Shown piece by piece: positions 13,901 to 27,758 of a stretch of DNA of 62,684 bases (position 1 is its first letter; each line of letters begins with the position of its first letter). The stretch covers positions 1-62,684 of the forward strand of contig KZ538550.1 of assembly GCA_000934665.2 (NCBI GenBank), in the 5' to 3' direction. The notes under the pieces were generated by a model. That model did not search any database, had not been told where the DNA came from, and saw nothing but the letters and a program-made list of their open reading frames with translations. The position numbers were made by a program, and so were the translations under genes. The DNA comes from Catajapyx aquilonaris. Taxonomy: Eukaryota.

Positions 13901-16461
13901 TTCAAAATATACCCACGGTCCTAAATCTGGGGCGTCGCCGCAGGCCTATTGCATGCGCAGAGTGCACCCGCCACCAATAGTTTGGTGAACAATTTTCGTG
14001 ACGTCAGCCGGTTCATCATGCAGCTAATTCGAACGCAAGCATCCTCTTTGAAGTATTTGCACTTGATTTTAATTGTTCATCGTCGATAGTCTTTTTATAG
14101 TCATCGATAACCCAGGTTGCTAATTAGTGCTATTGTGGGGAAAGAAACCGGTCCTTACACGGAGTCGATATAGAACCCACATATTCGGCTGACAGTCGTG
14201 AACAAACGTGCATATCGCATGATGCAACAATTGTGGACTCGCTATACTTCTATAGCAATGAACCATATTTCAATTGCCTCAGCTGCGGAAAATGAAAACT
14301 GATACTGGCCATTAAGTGCTCTGTATAACTTAAAAATAGCTTCGAGCCAATCACTGGTGGCGTAAATGATTTACTGTCCCATATGTGCTGGGTTGCGTTT
14401 ATGACTCAACCCTGTACTTGTAATGGTGTATGTAGTTGAGAACTTACCATATGAAATCAGTCGCGTGCTAAAGCTCAACCAATGGGAAGTAAAATTCTTG
14501 CCTCTATCCAATAGGATCGGCTGATTTGGAGCGATCAAGGCCTCCCAACTTGAGCAATCTCTGCCGGCCATTTTCACACCCATTCCCGCATTTCCAATCC
14601 CATTCAACAATAACGCAACCTTCTATTATAAACAGCCATTGTAACACGAATGGTAATGAAAAACGGGCTCAATTAAAGCCCTTCCTGGGCATCACTTTTC
14701 CACTCCGGACTCGTTCAGCTCTGAACTAACCACCCTCCAAGCTAATCTCATACTAGTGGGTTTATGCAATCAGGCGCACTATGACAGATGTTGAATTACC
14801 ACGTCATATAGTCTGCAGTATAGAGAAGCACCTGCCAAATGCCTTTCATTCATATTTACTGCAATGTTCTTCCGCAGACAATCCAACTATCCGATTTATA
14901 GCAATTAACTGCATTTCCTTACAGATATGGGGATGACAGTTAGCTCTTATTTCAGTCTCTATTTACATCGCAACACTTAAATCGCATTATTTCACATGTG
15001 AAAATAAGGCGACGGACATATTTATTTTTCCAGCGTGATGGTTAAACCTAATCGCGCTCGTTAGATTTAAATATCCAAAACGCCAATCCTGGATGGGCTT
15101 CCAAACTTTTACAAGCGCGGTAACTACCAATCATTTTTAGCCTGGCCATTCCCAGGTCTCGTGCTACATGATGAGCTGGCAACAATCGCATTTTCCATGT
15201 ACCTCTGGGTCAAATCGGCTGTTGTGACGATCGTGTTACAACATATGAAACCCTGCCAGGTGCCCTGCCACAAAATTATGTTCATGAATTACAAAACCCC
15301 AATGCCGATACCGCACGTACTACATCACTACATTAATTAGAGGCTCTGTTTAATGAAGGATGTAACCCATGCAGGCCAAGCAAAGAGTGTTACCGCTTTG
15401 CCAGGTTACGTTAGGTTCAGTGTATAGCAGCAACCTATTTTGGTTATTGGATATTTGCCCCTGTTTTCTAGTCCATATAAGTAAAACAATCTACTCATTC
15501 ATCATCCTAATTACGTGAATATCTATGCATCATGTCCTAGCAGCGCAGGTGCCCGACTTTGACGAACATGATAAAAAATAGTGTCAGGCAAAGCTGGCGG
15601 CAATGCACCTGCTCCCCCAATCACATTATCCAAACTGACACAATCGAGTTGTACCTCCGGCAATAATTAAAATACAGCATTACTTTGCATCCCATGAGGG
15701 GAAACACCACTAGTCCATAATGAGTGTAAGAACTAATCACTTAAAACATGTTGATCACAGTCTGGCACCAGGACTATTAGTTACGTAACACGTGGTTAAA
15801 CCTAATGCGAATGGTCTACGTGTCATTTATCTAGCCTCCAAGCCTCCACGAGAGGCTAACTTGAGCTTCAGGTCTGCTACCTTACTCCTTTCCCCATCTG
15901 TACACCACCATCAAAATTTTGACTTTTTGGACTCGAATATCACAATATATTTTGATGATGGTGTATGACAGCTTGTATGCGGTGTATCTCAAGAATTTGT
16001 CCCATTGGGCATGAACCTATTTGGCAGTAATGGTCTGATCCGAGCTGCACTTGTAATCAACCATAGCACATATGGTCAGGCATCATTTGGTCAGAAACTC
16101 ATTCCATGGCAGTGTCAGTAGTGGGAACCACAGATTTTGGGATGCGGGCTCTTCACCATCAGGCGACGCGACGACGGTTCCCCGGGGAGGTGCAGAGTGA
16201 CCGATGTGTTCAATTATCGAGCCCCAGTCAGCACCGACACGCTGCATTCTCCGAGACTCAAGTGGGTACTGGTACCCTATTATCACCTCAGTTTCGCTGT
16301 CATCCGATTCACCCCTTTTACAAGCCCATCACTGCTACAGCTGGGAAGGACCAATACTGGGGATCAAATTATTGCCACGTCAAACGGTTCACTGCTGGAC
16401 CATGTCATGGTGAAGATCAGCCCCCCTGACACTCGTATTCCAGCCTTATACAGATCCCCGT

Positions 16462-16609
16462 ACCCGTAGGGAGGGGGGTTGCCGCTTCGGTGCTGCTGTA
16501 GTGCTGAAATGTGTGGCTATTCTGGCGGACGATACTATACGCCGGAATTGTCCGCTATAGGATAGCCACACATTGCAGCGCCGAAGCGGCAACTCCCCTC
16601 CCTACGGGT
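16462..16609. mobile_element. 148-bp palindromic MITE, superfamily uncertain (CMC/EnSpm-like terminus)
   Basis: ACCCGTAGGGAGGGGGGTTGCCGCTTCGGTGCTGC pairs with GCAGCGCCGAAGCGGCAACTCCCCTCCCTACGGGT (2 mismatches). Inner arms AATGTGTGGCTAT/ATAGCCACACATT also pair. No clear TSD. Confidence 0.75.
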
Positions 16610-17206
16610 GACAGCTGTGTATTATAAGACCACAGTGAAGATCCTGCTTACAACCCTTTGACTGCTTACAGCTAAATGCAGTAATTGCTGTCGGCTGTTA
16701 GGAATAATTCCTCCAGCGACAATATAAAAGTTTCCCTGAAAACTTCTGTTCCGAAGAATTAGTGCCACTGCAGGCAGGAGGAAAGTTTGTTAAAAAAATC
16801 CAAACTCGAGGACCAAAAACGCAAAAGGGTTCGTTCATAAGAATCTCCCTTCCAGAATATAAAATATGTACGAGCATTTATGACACGGAGGTGGAGGGAG
16901 GAAGGCGGGGCACTCAAAAGTTTTAGGATGAGAAAAAAGTGTTTCATTAGAATGACATCAAAGAGCTTCGGGACCCCTTGTTAAGAGCTAAATTGCATTA
17001 GACCTTGTAACGTTTATTGCCGCTTATTCTTATCCTCACCCCCCCCCCCNNNNCCCCCCCCCCAAAGAGACAGGAAGAAAACTTTCTTAAATGTCGCGTA
17101 GTTTGCCTCCAGAAGTCAATCCTTGGGTAGTGCTTGACCCTCTTGGGGTACATCGCACGGATCTTTATTGTACCGTTATTTTGTAGCCTACATAGTACAG
17201 TCGAAC

Positions 17207-17458
17207 TTTTTCATTTTTTTGAAGCGCCCGGGCCCACGGGCAGGATGACAGGAGGTGATGTGCAAAGTGCAGTGCAATGTCGTTGGTGTGGTCGTTTTGT
17301 GAACTCCCCCGGGTGGTTTGTCTTAACGGAGATACCACCCGAGACGAAGCCAGAGACGGCCTAACTCTGCACGAGATGAAGGGGGGAACCCTGGCTGGGA
17401 TCGAACCCGGGACCTTAACATCCTATGGGCGCATACGTTACTGCCGCGCCACTCGTCC
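17207..17458 (-). mobile_element. tRNA-derived SINE, copy 1
   Basis: Minus strand has an A-box-like GAGTGGCGCGGCAG, B box GGGTTCGATCCC, a body of about 170 bp and an A-rich tail. It aligns end to end with 27759-27996. Confidence 0.85.
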
Positions 17459-17703
17459 AGAAGTGAATCCGCCCTCAGGGTGATTTCTTTATTATTGCTG
17501 GACTATATCGCATTTTAAACAATGTACGACACTGCAATGTAGCATCTAATAAGCGGTGATTGAACCATCTGACAAATCTGCTATGGTCAGTCTAATATTA
17601 TCAGCTAATGTGACCCAAGTAGCTGCTTAAACAGTAGTTAGGGCGGCGTATATCTCCCCCTTTTTGTTGTGGGTAGAGAAAAGACGGCATAGTACAAAAT
17701 CAG

Positions 17704-18157
17704 CAGCGTAGCCAACCCGTACGGTAATTGTGGGGCATACGGTAATTTACGCCGATGCGCTGCACGGATACGGTAAGTCGTTTTTGTGTACTGTACTCAA
17801 AATAAAATATAAAAATATCAAATTAATATCCGACGAGCTTATAGTATCGGAGGATTCCACTGTTCTCTGTCAGTTACATTCACCTAAGCTTGTGCGACCT
17901 TGAACCCAACAAATTTTCGCCTGCGGCGCCGGCGGTCTCTTCCCCGCTGTGCTCGCTTTACGTTTTGCAGCGAGTTGCACATGCATTTTGTGCGGTTCTG
18001 ACAATTCCTTAGACATATTTACCTGTATCTAATATTTTCCCCCTAATGTTTCATTCACAAAATGCCATGCTTTAAAATGTACGGTAAATTTTGACGAAAT
18101 CCGGTAATTTTGACTCTTGTGGTACGGTAGTTTCTACGGGTCAGGTTGGCAACACTG
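17704..18157. mobile_element. hAT-type non-autonomous element (454 bp)
   Basis: TIR CAGCGTAGCCAACC / GGTTGGCAACACTG (12/14). 8-bp TSD AAAATCAG (17696-17703) vs AGAATCAG (18158-18165), 7/8. Repeated subterminal TACGGTA motifs at both ends. Confidence 0.85.
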
Positions 18158-18242
18158 AGAATCAGGTTTGTACTCGTCCTTACCTCGACTGCTCGGCACG
18201 GGCGTACCTTTGTTTTCGACTCGAACTAAATAAAGCACCCTA

Positions 18243-18480
18243 CACTGTCAGTAATTCCATGGCAGGTTAGGAAATTTCTTGGCCATCACCATATTACCAG
18301 CACGAAATACGCTGATGATCAGGCGTCGCCTGACCCACAGGATATTCCCTACCGTTAACTTGTGGACGTCCCCAACACTTTATTGCACGCCATAATGACG
18401 CCTCCCAGCCAAAAATTGGGGGAAATTTCGGCGGGAATAGGCCTAGAAATTGCCTGCCTGCCCATGAGTTACCGTCAGTC
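18243..18480. mobile_element. Degenerate TA-flanked TIR element with CACTG terminus
   Basis: TA|CACTGTCAGTAATTCCATGGCAGGTTAGGAAATTTCTTGGCC pairs imperfectly with GGCCTAGAAATTGCCTGCCTGCCCATGAGTTACCGTCAGTC|TA. Confidence 0.6.
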
Positions 18481-18524
18481 TACGTTTGCTCGCTTCGATC
18501 GATAGGTTCACACGGGGCTCGTTG

Positions 18525-18603
18525 CTTTGTCGTTAGGTCGTTGCTGTTGGAATGCACCAACCCGCGCTGATTGGTGGATCCTAAGCACGACCTAACGACA
18601 AAG
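18525..18603. repeat. Inverted repeat, probable MITE core
   Basis: Perfect 17-bp arms CTTTGTCGTTAGGTCGT / ACGACCTAACGACAAAG. The spacer motif CGCTGATTGGTGGATC recurs at 62475-62490. Confidence 0.7.
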
Positions 18604-20049
18604 GACGAACCATCTACAGCTTACGCTACGATTGCATACCCAAATGTCATTGTTGATTTGATCCCATTCTTGTTGTAACGACCATTTCATGACCGAATTA
18701 CGCCAAAGGGGGTTATCCATAAGATCCACCTGCATCATTGTGACTCCTAAACGCCTTCAATCCGGCCCTACACTAACAAAAAGCCAGCGGCCCAAAATAA
18801 ACTCGCCCCCGCCAATACTTTATATAAAAAAAAGAAATCGAGAAAAAAAAGCAAAAAGAGCGCGATGTTGCAGGTGTTGCCATATCGTCACCTGTTTACA
18901 CGATCAAGTGTGCCCGTCAAGACGCACCACCACTTGAGTGCTTCTTTATAATGAGCCAGGAAGCCAGGATTTTCAGTCTTCACTAAACAAGTGCAAGGTC
19001 AAATCTTCGGGTTAATTCTACCACCTTGCAAATGCAAACAAGTTAAAAATAATTCCACAGCGCAACAACAATGGTGGAAAGTAGCCAACAAAAGGTGAGC
19101 TGGACGTATCAGCAGCAGCATGCACTTGCCACAAGCACCACAGTGGGCCAGCAGATGTGCGGTTAGCTACTGATGTGGGTGCAATTATTGAACAGCAGCT
19201 GAAACCTGCAACCTGCATTTATCAAACATTTTGTATGGCTGATGCCTTTATGCTGCAATCTGTGCGCTATGGGTGGATGATCTCGGTGTTCATTAGTGGC
19301 ACTGGCAGTTCTTATTTTTGCTAGCAATGGCCTCCAGTAACGGGACCTTTACTCTCATTTTATGCCCGGTTACAATAATTGCGGGAATTACTTCAATATA
19401 AGCGTACTGATATTTTGTCGCGTTAATTTTATTGCCCATATATTTATAGACCGCGTAACATGCAGGTGTGGCTAGGTGTGACACGACGCAATGACACTTT
19501 CCACATACATGACATAGGCAGGTTGACCAGTGCACTCTACAGTGCCATAATTAATGAATAAATCCCAACTAATTAACTGAAACACAAGCGACTGTAATTT
19601 GAATATTAGAGTGCAGATTGTGATGATTGCGGTAAAGCCAGTACGCGGCACTGCTGCCGCCATCTACCAGCGCTTCGTGTAAATAGCAGCCACCACCAAG
19701 TTCAGGACCACGCCGCCAGATGGGCCACCGCAGCTGCACCGCCTAGTTCCGTCGGCGGCCCGTAGATGTCGCGTGAATCCGCAACCAGATCAAAGGCGCT
19801 TCTTTTCATGATTGATGTCAGGAACAATAGCAGGCAGATCGGTACAAACCATGTATTCGCATGCACTCGCTGCAATTGTTCGGCCCCAAATTGCGTGATC
19901 GTCGCCAATAAATTACGCGGCTGGGACTGCCGACTGACTCTTGGGATCCCCAGCCCCTATCTGCCACCCCTTCCCAATTCAATATCGATTTGAGCTCACC
20001 AGGATGAGGTCATTTTGTTCATTCGCCCTCCCCCCCCCCCCCCCCCCCC

Positions 20050-20081
20050 NNNNNNNNNNNNNNNNNNNNNNNNNNNNNNNN
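20050..20081. other. Assembly gap inside a poly-C run
   Basis: 32 N flanked by C homopolymers. Confidence 0.95.
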
Positions 20082-23000
20082 CCCCCCCACCACCACCACC
20101 TGGATCTGGCAGCCATCTTTCTCTGCCTATTCCTCCCAATCACCGTCAAAGAGCATTCCCCGTCTTATTCCGTGTATTTGATCCCCCCAAAAGTTGGCCC
20201 CGAATTTTGTAATTGATGGCACTAGGCCTAATCGCGTTTCCTAGTGGGGAATTGAAGTCACAATTCCTGCCAGGAGCTTCAAGAGCGCCCAAATTAAGTT
20301 ACCATAGTTATCCTACTACTTAAACTTGCGACTACAGACACCTCCATTGACAATTTGATTTGGAGCAGCTCCTTCCTGGAGACGTGCAAGAGATACTGTC
20401 CAACTAGGAGAAAGGAGGCCAAGATGAGGAAGCTAATGGATAGCATGACCAGGAACACAACTGCTTGTTCCAATATCGGCCAATGAGTGAAACCCAGGTA
20501 GCACATTGTTGCAACTCTCCATATTGACAGGTGAGAAAATTCGATACGGCTCGTTGCAATGCATAAATGCGACTGGAACAAAATGGCACATCGGATCTGA
20601 AATTAACTTGCACGCCTTATGAATAAAATCGATGTGGTTCGTAAAAAAAAATTGAGTGAAATCCGTCTTCATCGTCACGCATCGGTTGCGCTAATTACAC
20701 GCGGAACAGGAAAAGAGCCAAATCCAGTCGTGAGAAATTTAAGGCTTTTTTCTCCTTCATTACATGGATGCCAAAATCATGCAAATTGCCTCCTAACCGC
20801 TTATCAAAGATGGACGCCCTGTTTTCTCAACAATGACATCACAATGAGCCAGCAAGTCGGGATTTTCTGTCTTCACTAATATTGAAGCAAGTGCAAGGTC
20901 GAACGAAGGGCCTGGGAGAAAAAATGTTAACCACCAGTGTTTTTCTATGTGCACTATGTGTCCACGATACAACCCGTATGAGCCCGAGTCATAGTGCAAT
21001 AATATACATTAACTCGACCTATACCATTTCCAGGCGACGTCTCTTCCACTCCCCTTCCGCTAACACGTCCTTTGACCTCTTCCCATCGCGTTTTACGAGC
21101 CTAAATAACCCTCCCCTACGTCCAATTCGAGGCCAGTTACGTGGCTGGCCTATTCCTGCTATCGCCCACTGAGCACGATAGCCCCAGACTATGGTTACAA
21201 CCAGCCAATCCTACCAACTCGCACACGAAGTTCACCGATGAAAATAAACACATCACGTGCACTAAATTAAAATCGGACGCAAGGCCATCAACCGCATAAT
21301 TGGCGCCAAAATAATGAGCATACGCTGTATGGGGTCATTCATTAGGCTTTTTTGGGGAGAAAAAACTAGGCTAATAAGGATTGTGGCCAATCCTACCGGT
21401 AGTTAGCTGTCCGTTGATGTCGTTGCTCTTGTGCAAAAAGGTCACCCCTGTTCCTTTTTGAAACGCTTTTCCGATCATCATTCACGAATTGCGACAGTGT
21501 CAACTTTGAAAACCAAATCTGGAAACAGTCGGGGCCGGATTTGGTTGAATTTGCAACACATTCCCATTGCCCCCGAGTGCCTGAATTATAAACAGCGTGC
21601 CATTTCCGAGGGCCGATAATGGCCATTGGGCCACTCCAGGTGCCACCACGTTAACCCACGAGTGTGCACCAAAATGTATAATATTCTCTGAGAGAGCGAG
21701 AGAGATTCGATGTCCGCCATATTTCAGCTCAAGTAGGGTTTTCCCGGTTGTCGTAAATCCGGGAAAATGTGGCCACACCAGCGCGTGAGAAGACTCCGCA
21801 ACAAGTAGCCCCTTTGGAAGGGGGGCGGCCATCATGCAAATCCTACGCGCAGGCGTAAACATGGCCACCGCGCGCACCACAACTCAACTGGGTATCCTGG
21901 ATATCACGCACTGTCTGTCTTCCCAGCTGAGTCCATCAGAGAAACACTTCTATTTGGACTTTCTCCCACCATTTCTCTCTCTCCCTGGGGCCATCCGATG
22001 CTATTGTGATTTAATACCGGAGAGCTGGGAGAGTATTTCCCATCGCCGGTGTCTAAGCTGACATGTTCACTTGGAGAAAAGTCGATTCTAGTCTGCTGAA
22101 AAGTCATATATAGGGAGGGGGTAAGTTGGGGGATCCATATTCTGCACAACCGAGTCCAGTTTCATGCCAAGGCGGTTATTAAAATTACGCTGCTTTGTGC
22201 CCAAGTTTCGCAGGCAGCTACTGAATTATTCAGACGCTACTCATTACCCTATTTGACCTTCGTTTACACTTCTCCGCTGCAGCTCTACAGTTATACCCCT
22301 GCCCTTTCATGAAACGGTGCGCATGTAAATATGATCTGCACTACCCTAAATAGATATAAATGTAATTAGAGATCCCCACCAGCAGAGGCACAATTAACCC
22401 TAGTATAATACTCTCTACTGTATTGATCATGATGCAAACACATTTGCAAACATAGGTTAAATTACGACTGGTGTTTGGCAAGTACCGGCTCGTGTGTTTT
22501 AACACGCAGTTCACATATGTAATATCCAAACCAAGAGTTAATGCAAGTGTGGTATAATGCCAATAATAGATTTAGGTGGTCCACTTTTTAAGACTCAAGT
22601 TGGTTATTGTATATCCTGACATCCATGCCGGTCCACTTGACAACTGTTTCAACTATAGCCCTGAAACTGTGTGAGATGTGCATGCATTTTGCACCACACA
22701 TACAATAGTAGTACAAGGTTTCACGCTTTGACCTTTCTCATTCCTAACTTTTCCAGGCAGCGTCGATGAAAGTGCACTCTGACACTGCGAGTGTAATATT
22801 TTAAAAAATCATACACAGGCGACACATTTGCTGCCTCCGTTCATGCAGCGTTTGAATTTTGGATTGGACGCGTGAAAGGTGTCCTTTGATTATTCCCTGA
22901 TAATTTGAATGTTCATTGCTTTGTACAGTGGGGCTGCCAGTTTCATCAATCAATCAACTAGTGTTGGCTATACAATTGACAAGCCAATGAATTAACGAAC

Positions 23001-26000
23001 CATTAATGGACCGGTTTCTTGTCCGTGTAATTGCTGGGTAGCCAAAGTAAGCGCTATTTAAAATGAGATTAACCAAGTGGTACAGTGAGTACGTACCCAA
23101 CCTCCGAGTGTTAGCAGGTATTCATTGCAAATACTAGTTAACTACTGCACTCTGGTTGTAAGCGCTCGAGGTGCTTCCATATCAGTTGCTAATGAGTTCA
23201 CCCCCTAATTTGCAGAAATTACACCCATAAGTACAGGCCCACTCCCGATCAAGCACCTCAAGTACAGCTTTCTAAAACTCAACTTTGCAGGTTCCGTTAC
23301 TTAGCCTACATGATTTCTATCCTGAAATGTTGGCAACTTCGGAGACACGGATTGGAAGCGCACGGGGCATATTAATATTCAAATACGATTCTCCAGCCCC
23401 TTCCGCAAATTTGCATATGGAAAAATTCAAATGCCTCGACTCCAACAAGCAGCAACTTCCCAGGGAAACTCGGACCAACTTTCAATTTTTGTCGGACCAG
23501 TCTTCCAAAGATTGGCAACTGCAAACTTTTGGGTAATTAACATTACAGCCAGTCATTTTTGAACATCAACTATACGTTCTCGTCAGCTACACAATAGCAG
23601 CATACAGTGACGTTCAAAAGGAAGGCGCACCTTTAAAAACCAGTTCGATATCATTAACCATAATTAGAGAATTGCCTTTGGCAGAAATCTGAAACCAAAG
23701 TTTTGGCAAACTGCACACAAAGTTCTGGCTGGCTGGTAACAAGGTTTGTACCAGCAAACACTACAGTCTGAAATGAGCTGACATTGGCAAATCTCGTCGA
23801 GAGATGCGTCATCCTATAGGACCGGTCAGATACAGAATCTGGGTAGTGAATTTTCAGCGTGGCATATGATTAGGAAGGGGGCTGGGCCAAAAAGGCGAGA
23901 GGGAATTGTCGCATTCCCAGCGGAGATCCAAGGAGAGACACCAAGAATACAAAATCATCAGCTCGCGACTTCAGTCGAAGCAGAGACGTCTTTTCTTCCT
24001 AGACGATAAATGTCAGGCCGATTAATTTATTCTCCCTGCCTATCATTCATACTTTCCTTGGACGACAAGAAGTTTTCGCTGAGGTGTTTTTCGGAGCGTG
24101 CAATCAATCAGAGTTCTCCTGGGAGACCATGAAACGCCTTATTCCAGTGGCGCACGCTTCACAATGGAGCAGCTCTAAAATTATGCCAATTTGTGCTACG
24201 TGCATGCACATTCTATTGAAAAATACCGCATCACTTACAGGCATCAAGGGTCATTATAGAGCCGCATTAACCTTTCATTTTGGCCAACTATACACTGCAT
24301 TATGGTAGGCATACCTGCAACATCTATACATTTCCTGATTTACTGTCATTATCCGGAACTGGGGCACTATTCATTGGCATGGAACAATAATTATTGATAA
24401 TGGCTAACCAATGTTCGTCACAAGTGTCATCAATATAGATAGCCGTGTTCCTGCACGGTTCAGGATGCTTGGGAAATATGCAACCAACACTACAACTGCG
24501 TCAATCAGGCACGATTCGCCATCTACTCGTCATGACAACCTGCCTGACTACATTAACTGGAAGCGAGCTGTACAATGCAACGTATTCATTCCGACTGCTT
24601 CCTTGCCTGGAGGGGCAGGCACATGCGTCATTTAGCACTTCATTCCTTCCCTCAGGGCTATATCACTTTACCTCGCCTCTTTGTATCTGTTCAATATAGT
24701 TCCCCCAGTTGGCAATGTCTGTCTGCCTGTCTGTCCTCATTCATCCAGGACTTTTCTTCCAGTAATGACTACGCCGCGCCGTGGAAAATTCTGCGGGTCG
24801 TTACGACAAAATGCTGGTGAAAAGACTTCCGCAATTCCTTCGTCAGCCTTTGAATAGCAACACCAATGCACAAGATGCACAATGCCATGTTCTAAAAATG
24901 AAAATTAAATTACACTACATTTACACTCGCAAATTAGAGTTCGTAACGCATATTATACCGTATGCATTACTTGCTGGGAAGCACTGTAAAGTGTGGAATA
25001 TAATTATTATGGTCGCCATAAATTGAAAAACCAGCAGTGGTCTTTTATTAAAGAGTATCTTGAAACGCGTAAGGTTCCTCCCATTTCATGTGGGACTGTC
25101 GGAAATGTTAAATTATTTCCAAGGTGGAGTTTCACAGTTTTCCCGGAAGCAGAATTTACATCAATTTTGGCTGGATTTCCCCCATGAACGCTCGTTTTCC
25201 CCAGTCGACTTTCGAAATATGTAAACCCGGCTAACAGGTTCGTAGAGAATAAATATTGCGAGAGGGCATGATTTCTAAAATAGCCTATAATGCAGTGGAG
25301 TGGCTGAGATGCGTCCCATCACGTGACGGAATGATCCCAATACAGTGATTGTTAGTGCTGTAAAGCCATCGGGCACGGTCAAATGGGAGATGTCGGACAC
25401 GAGGGGGGATGGCCCTAATTAATAGTCCAGGACGTAAATCAGTCGTCCATTGGTCAGTTCATTTGTTCTCCTCCGGGACAGCCAGCCTCGCTGGATCTAT
25501 CCCAACTCGTAAACACACCCAGCCATTCTACACACCCAAGAGCACCCATCACACTGCACATTGTCACATATTATAGTCTTCCCAGGAAAAGACTGCACGG
25601 GATTTCAGGAATTTTCAAGTCGAGTTTCCGGACACAAATGGAACCCCAAATACGCGATACCCCCGTTGACAAAAATTCCCAAATGACATCTATACATTTC
25701 TCCAGGGTAAACATAGAAGACAAGGTGGTGGAGGGCAGAGGAAATTTTTTAGCAGTTTGTTACCATACATATCGAATGCGTCAAGACCTCCACCTTTTCT
25801 TCTGCTTCATCTGCACCAATTTAGAGGATAATCCGAGCCCCTCTGTTGAATCCTTTCTCCCTGACACTAACGCACCACACACCCACGTTATAGGGTCAGG
25901 CCTACATCTTCCGCCTTGAGCAGCTTGCGCCGCCTCTACTTTGATTACCATGTAAACTACCTCCTGTGGCTAGATCGATAAGGTCCATTCCGGGAGCAAA

Positions 26001-27758
26001 GTGGGATGTGATACAAGCTGACCAAAGTAACAGCAACTGCACTGGCCACTTGTTCCTTTCAACATGCGCAACATGTTGCCTGTGAAACATTCATGAGGTC
26101 ACATCTGACCACAGTGTACACTCGGCGGTCACCCACCGTGTCTCAATATCCACGATCCAACTCCAAGATTTATACTACAGGGGCATTTGTTTCAACAATT
26201 CGTCATTGTGCCTCATGCCAGTGCGTGTTTTGTACTCAGAAATTACGGACGAAATTTCCAGAAACTATCGCGCACTAAATAACTTTCTTTCCAGGAATGA
26301 TCGTAACGATCATTGTGCATGCGACTGTTACAAAGCAAGAGCGAGCAGTGAAGCACAAGACATGGCTTCCGACACGCAAAACATGGAGCCATTGCCATTT
26401 CCTCAACAAGTCGACTGACACTCCTAGGGGTTAGATTACAACCAACACGCTGAAAGTGATACAACCTTTGCTATACGCAGATCTGAAACAAACAATGGCT
26501 CATTTGTCGCATTTCAACGTGTATTATCCTGCGAAGCCGAAGGGAAGTGACCCCAGGTGACTTACATCCCCAACAAAATTAATTGCATCCATCTGCTCGA
26601 CCAGATTCTGCACCTCTGGGCTACCCCATAAATTAACACAGCTCCAACCTTTCCTCGGGGAATCTAGTCGACGTGGTTTCTATTCATAGATAGTGATGTT
26701 TATTTCCCCATCACTGCCTTCAACTCGCTCACTAATGGCTGTATCGCATATCCCGAGTTGACGTTAAGCTCGTCTCAAAATGTGTCGCTAGGGATGGTTT
26801 CCAATTTCTTATCCATATACGTCAACAAGAGTCACTTCAGTGTATTTCGACGACGATACTGTGCCACACGAACACTGCTCGCGGCTCAGGTTATATCTTC
26901 TGTCTTTTTTGGAATATGGCGAGACTGTTTGGACACGGTCGAAAACCGGACAGTATGAAAACACTGTAGAAGCTCATTTCATTTTTTCCATATAAGCCAG
27001 TGCTCTGAAGCTCGGAAATGCCTGGAGGTATTTCTGATGCTCGATACTACGTTTACACTCGAGGGAATTCTGGATTTTTGTATCCGGTATACGAGGATTT
27101 AGATCCTGGTGGAATTAGCAGCAGCAGAGAGGGCAGAAGGAAAAATCTGATATTTTCTAATATTACAGTCTTATGCTTTCTCCCCAGCTTCGGTAGGATT
27201 TTGCTGGATTTCATTCGAGGTTGAACGTGCTTGCCTTATACAGTGTGTCGGAATTCCACGAGCTGCGCCAGTCCAACTAAAATCGCGAATGAAATAACTT
27301 ATATATTTCTCGCCAACTTTTCCCATATTAATGAAAATATATGGAACAAACCTGTGCGGTTTTGTCTTCCCAAATTGTCATTTGGATTTAATTTCGCTCG
27401 TTAGTACCCAGCTGCATCTCGTGTTTTATTCCACAAAGTTATAGGCCTGCAAATGACAATTTTTTAAGCACTCCCTTTTAGCCGTCTCGCTAGAGGGTAT
27501 AAAAGAGGTCCTACCATGCAGCCAGTAAATACAATTTCGCTTATAAAACTTGGGTGAGGCCATACATTCCCTCCCCGACTATTAAACAACCTCCAAAGTG
27601 TTTCTTCCAGCGACACGCAACCCCTGCCTAGAGGACTCGGCAATTATTATTAACCCCGGTATATTCCACGCTCGGATTTATTAAGTGCCCAGAAAGCTCA
27701 ACAAATAGCAGGTCTGCCAATACATGTTACTATCACTATGTAACTATATTTTGAGGGA

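Noticed and set aside
15039..15806. Exact 14-mer TGGTTAAACCTAAT twice
   Set aside because: Several 14-bp matches are expected by chance in 62 kb, and the flanks do not align.
20360..20450. Possible RTE ORF C-terminus (TRRK...MDS)
   Set aside because: Needs several frameshifts to fit, so it is too weak to call.
22728..22790. Splice-acceptor-like site CTAACTTTTCCAG (AG at 22755-22756)
   Set aside because: CTAAC is too close to the AG to be a branch point and there is no supported exon.
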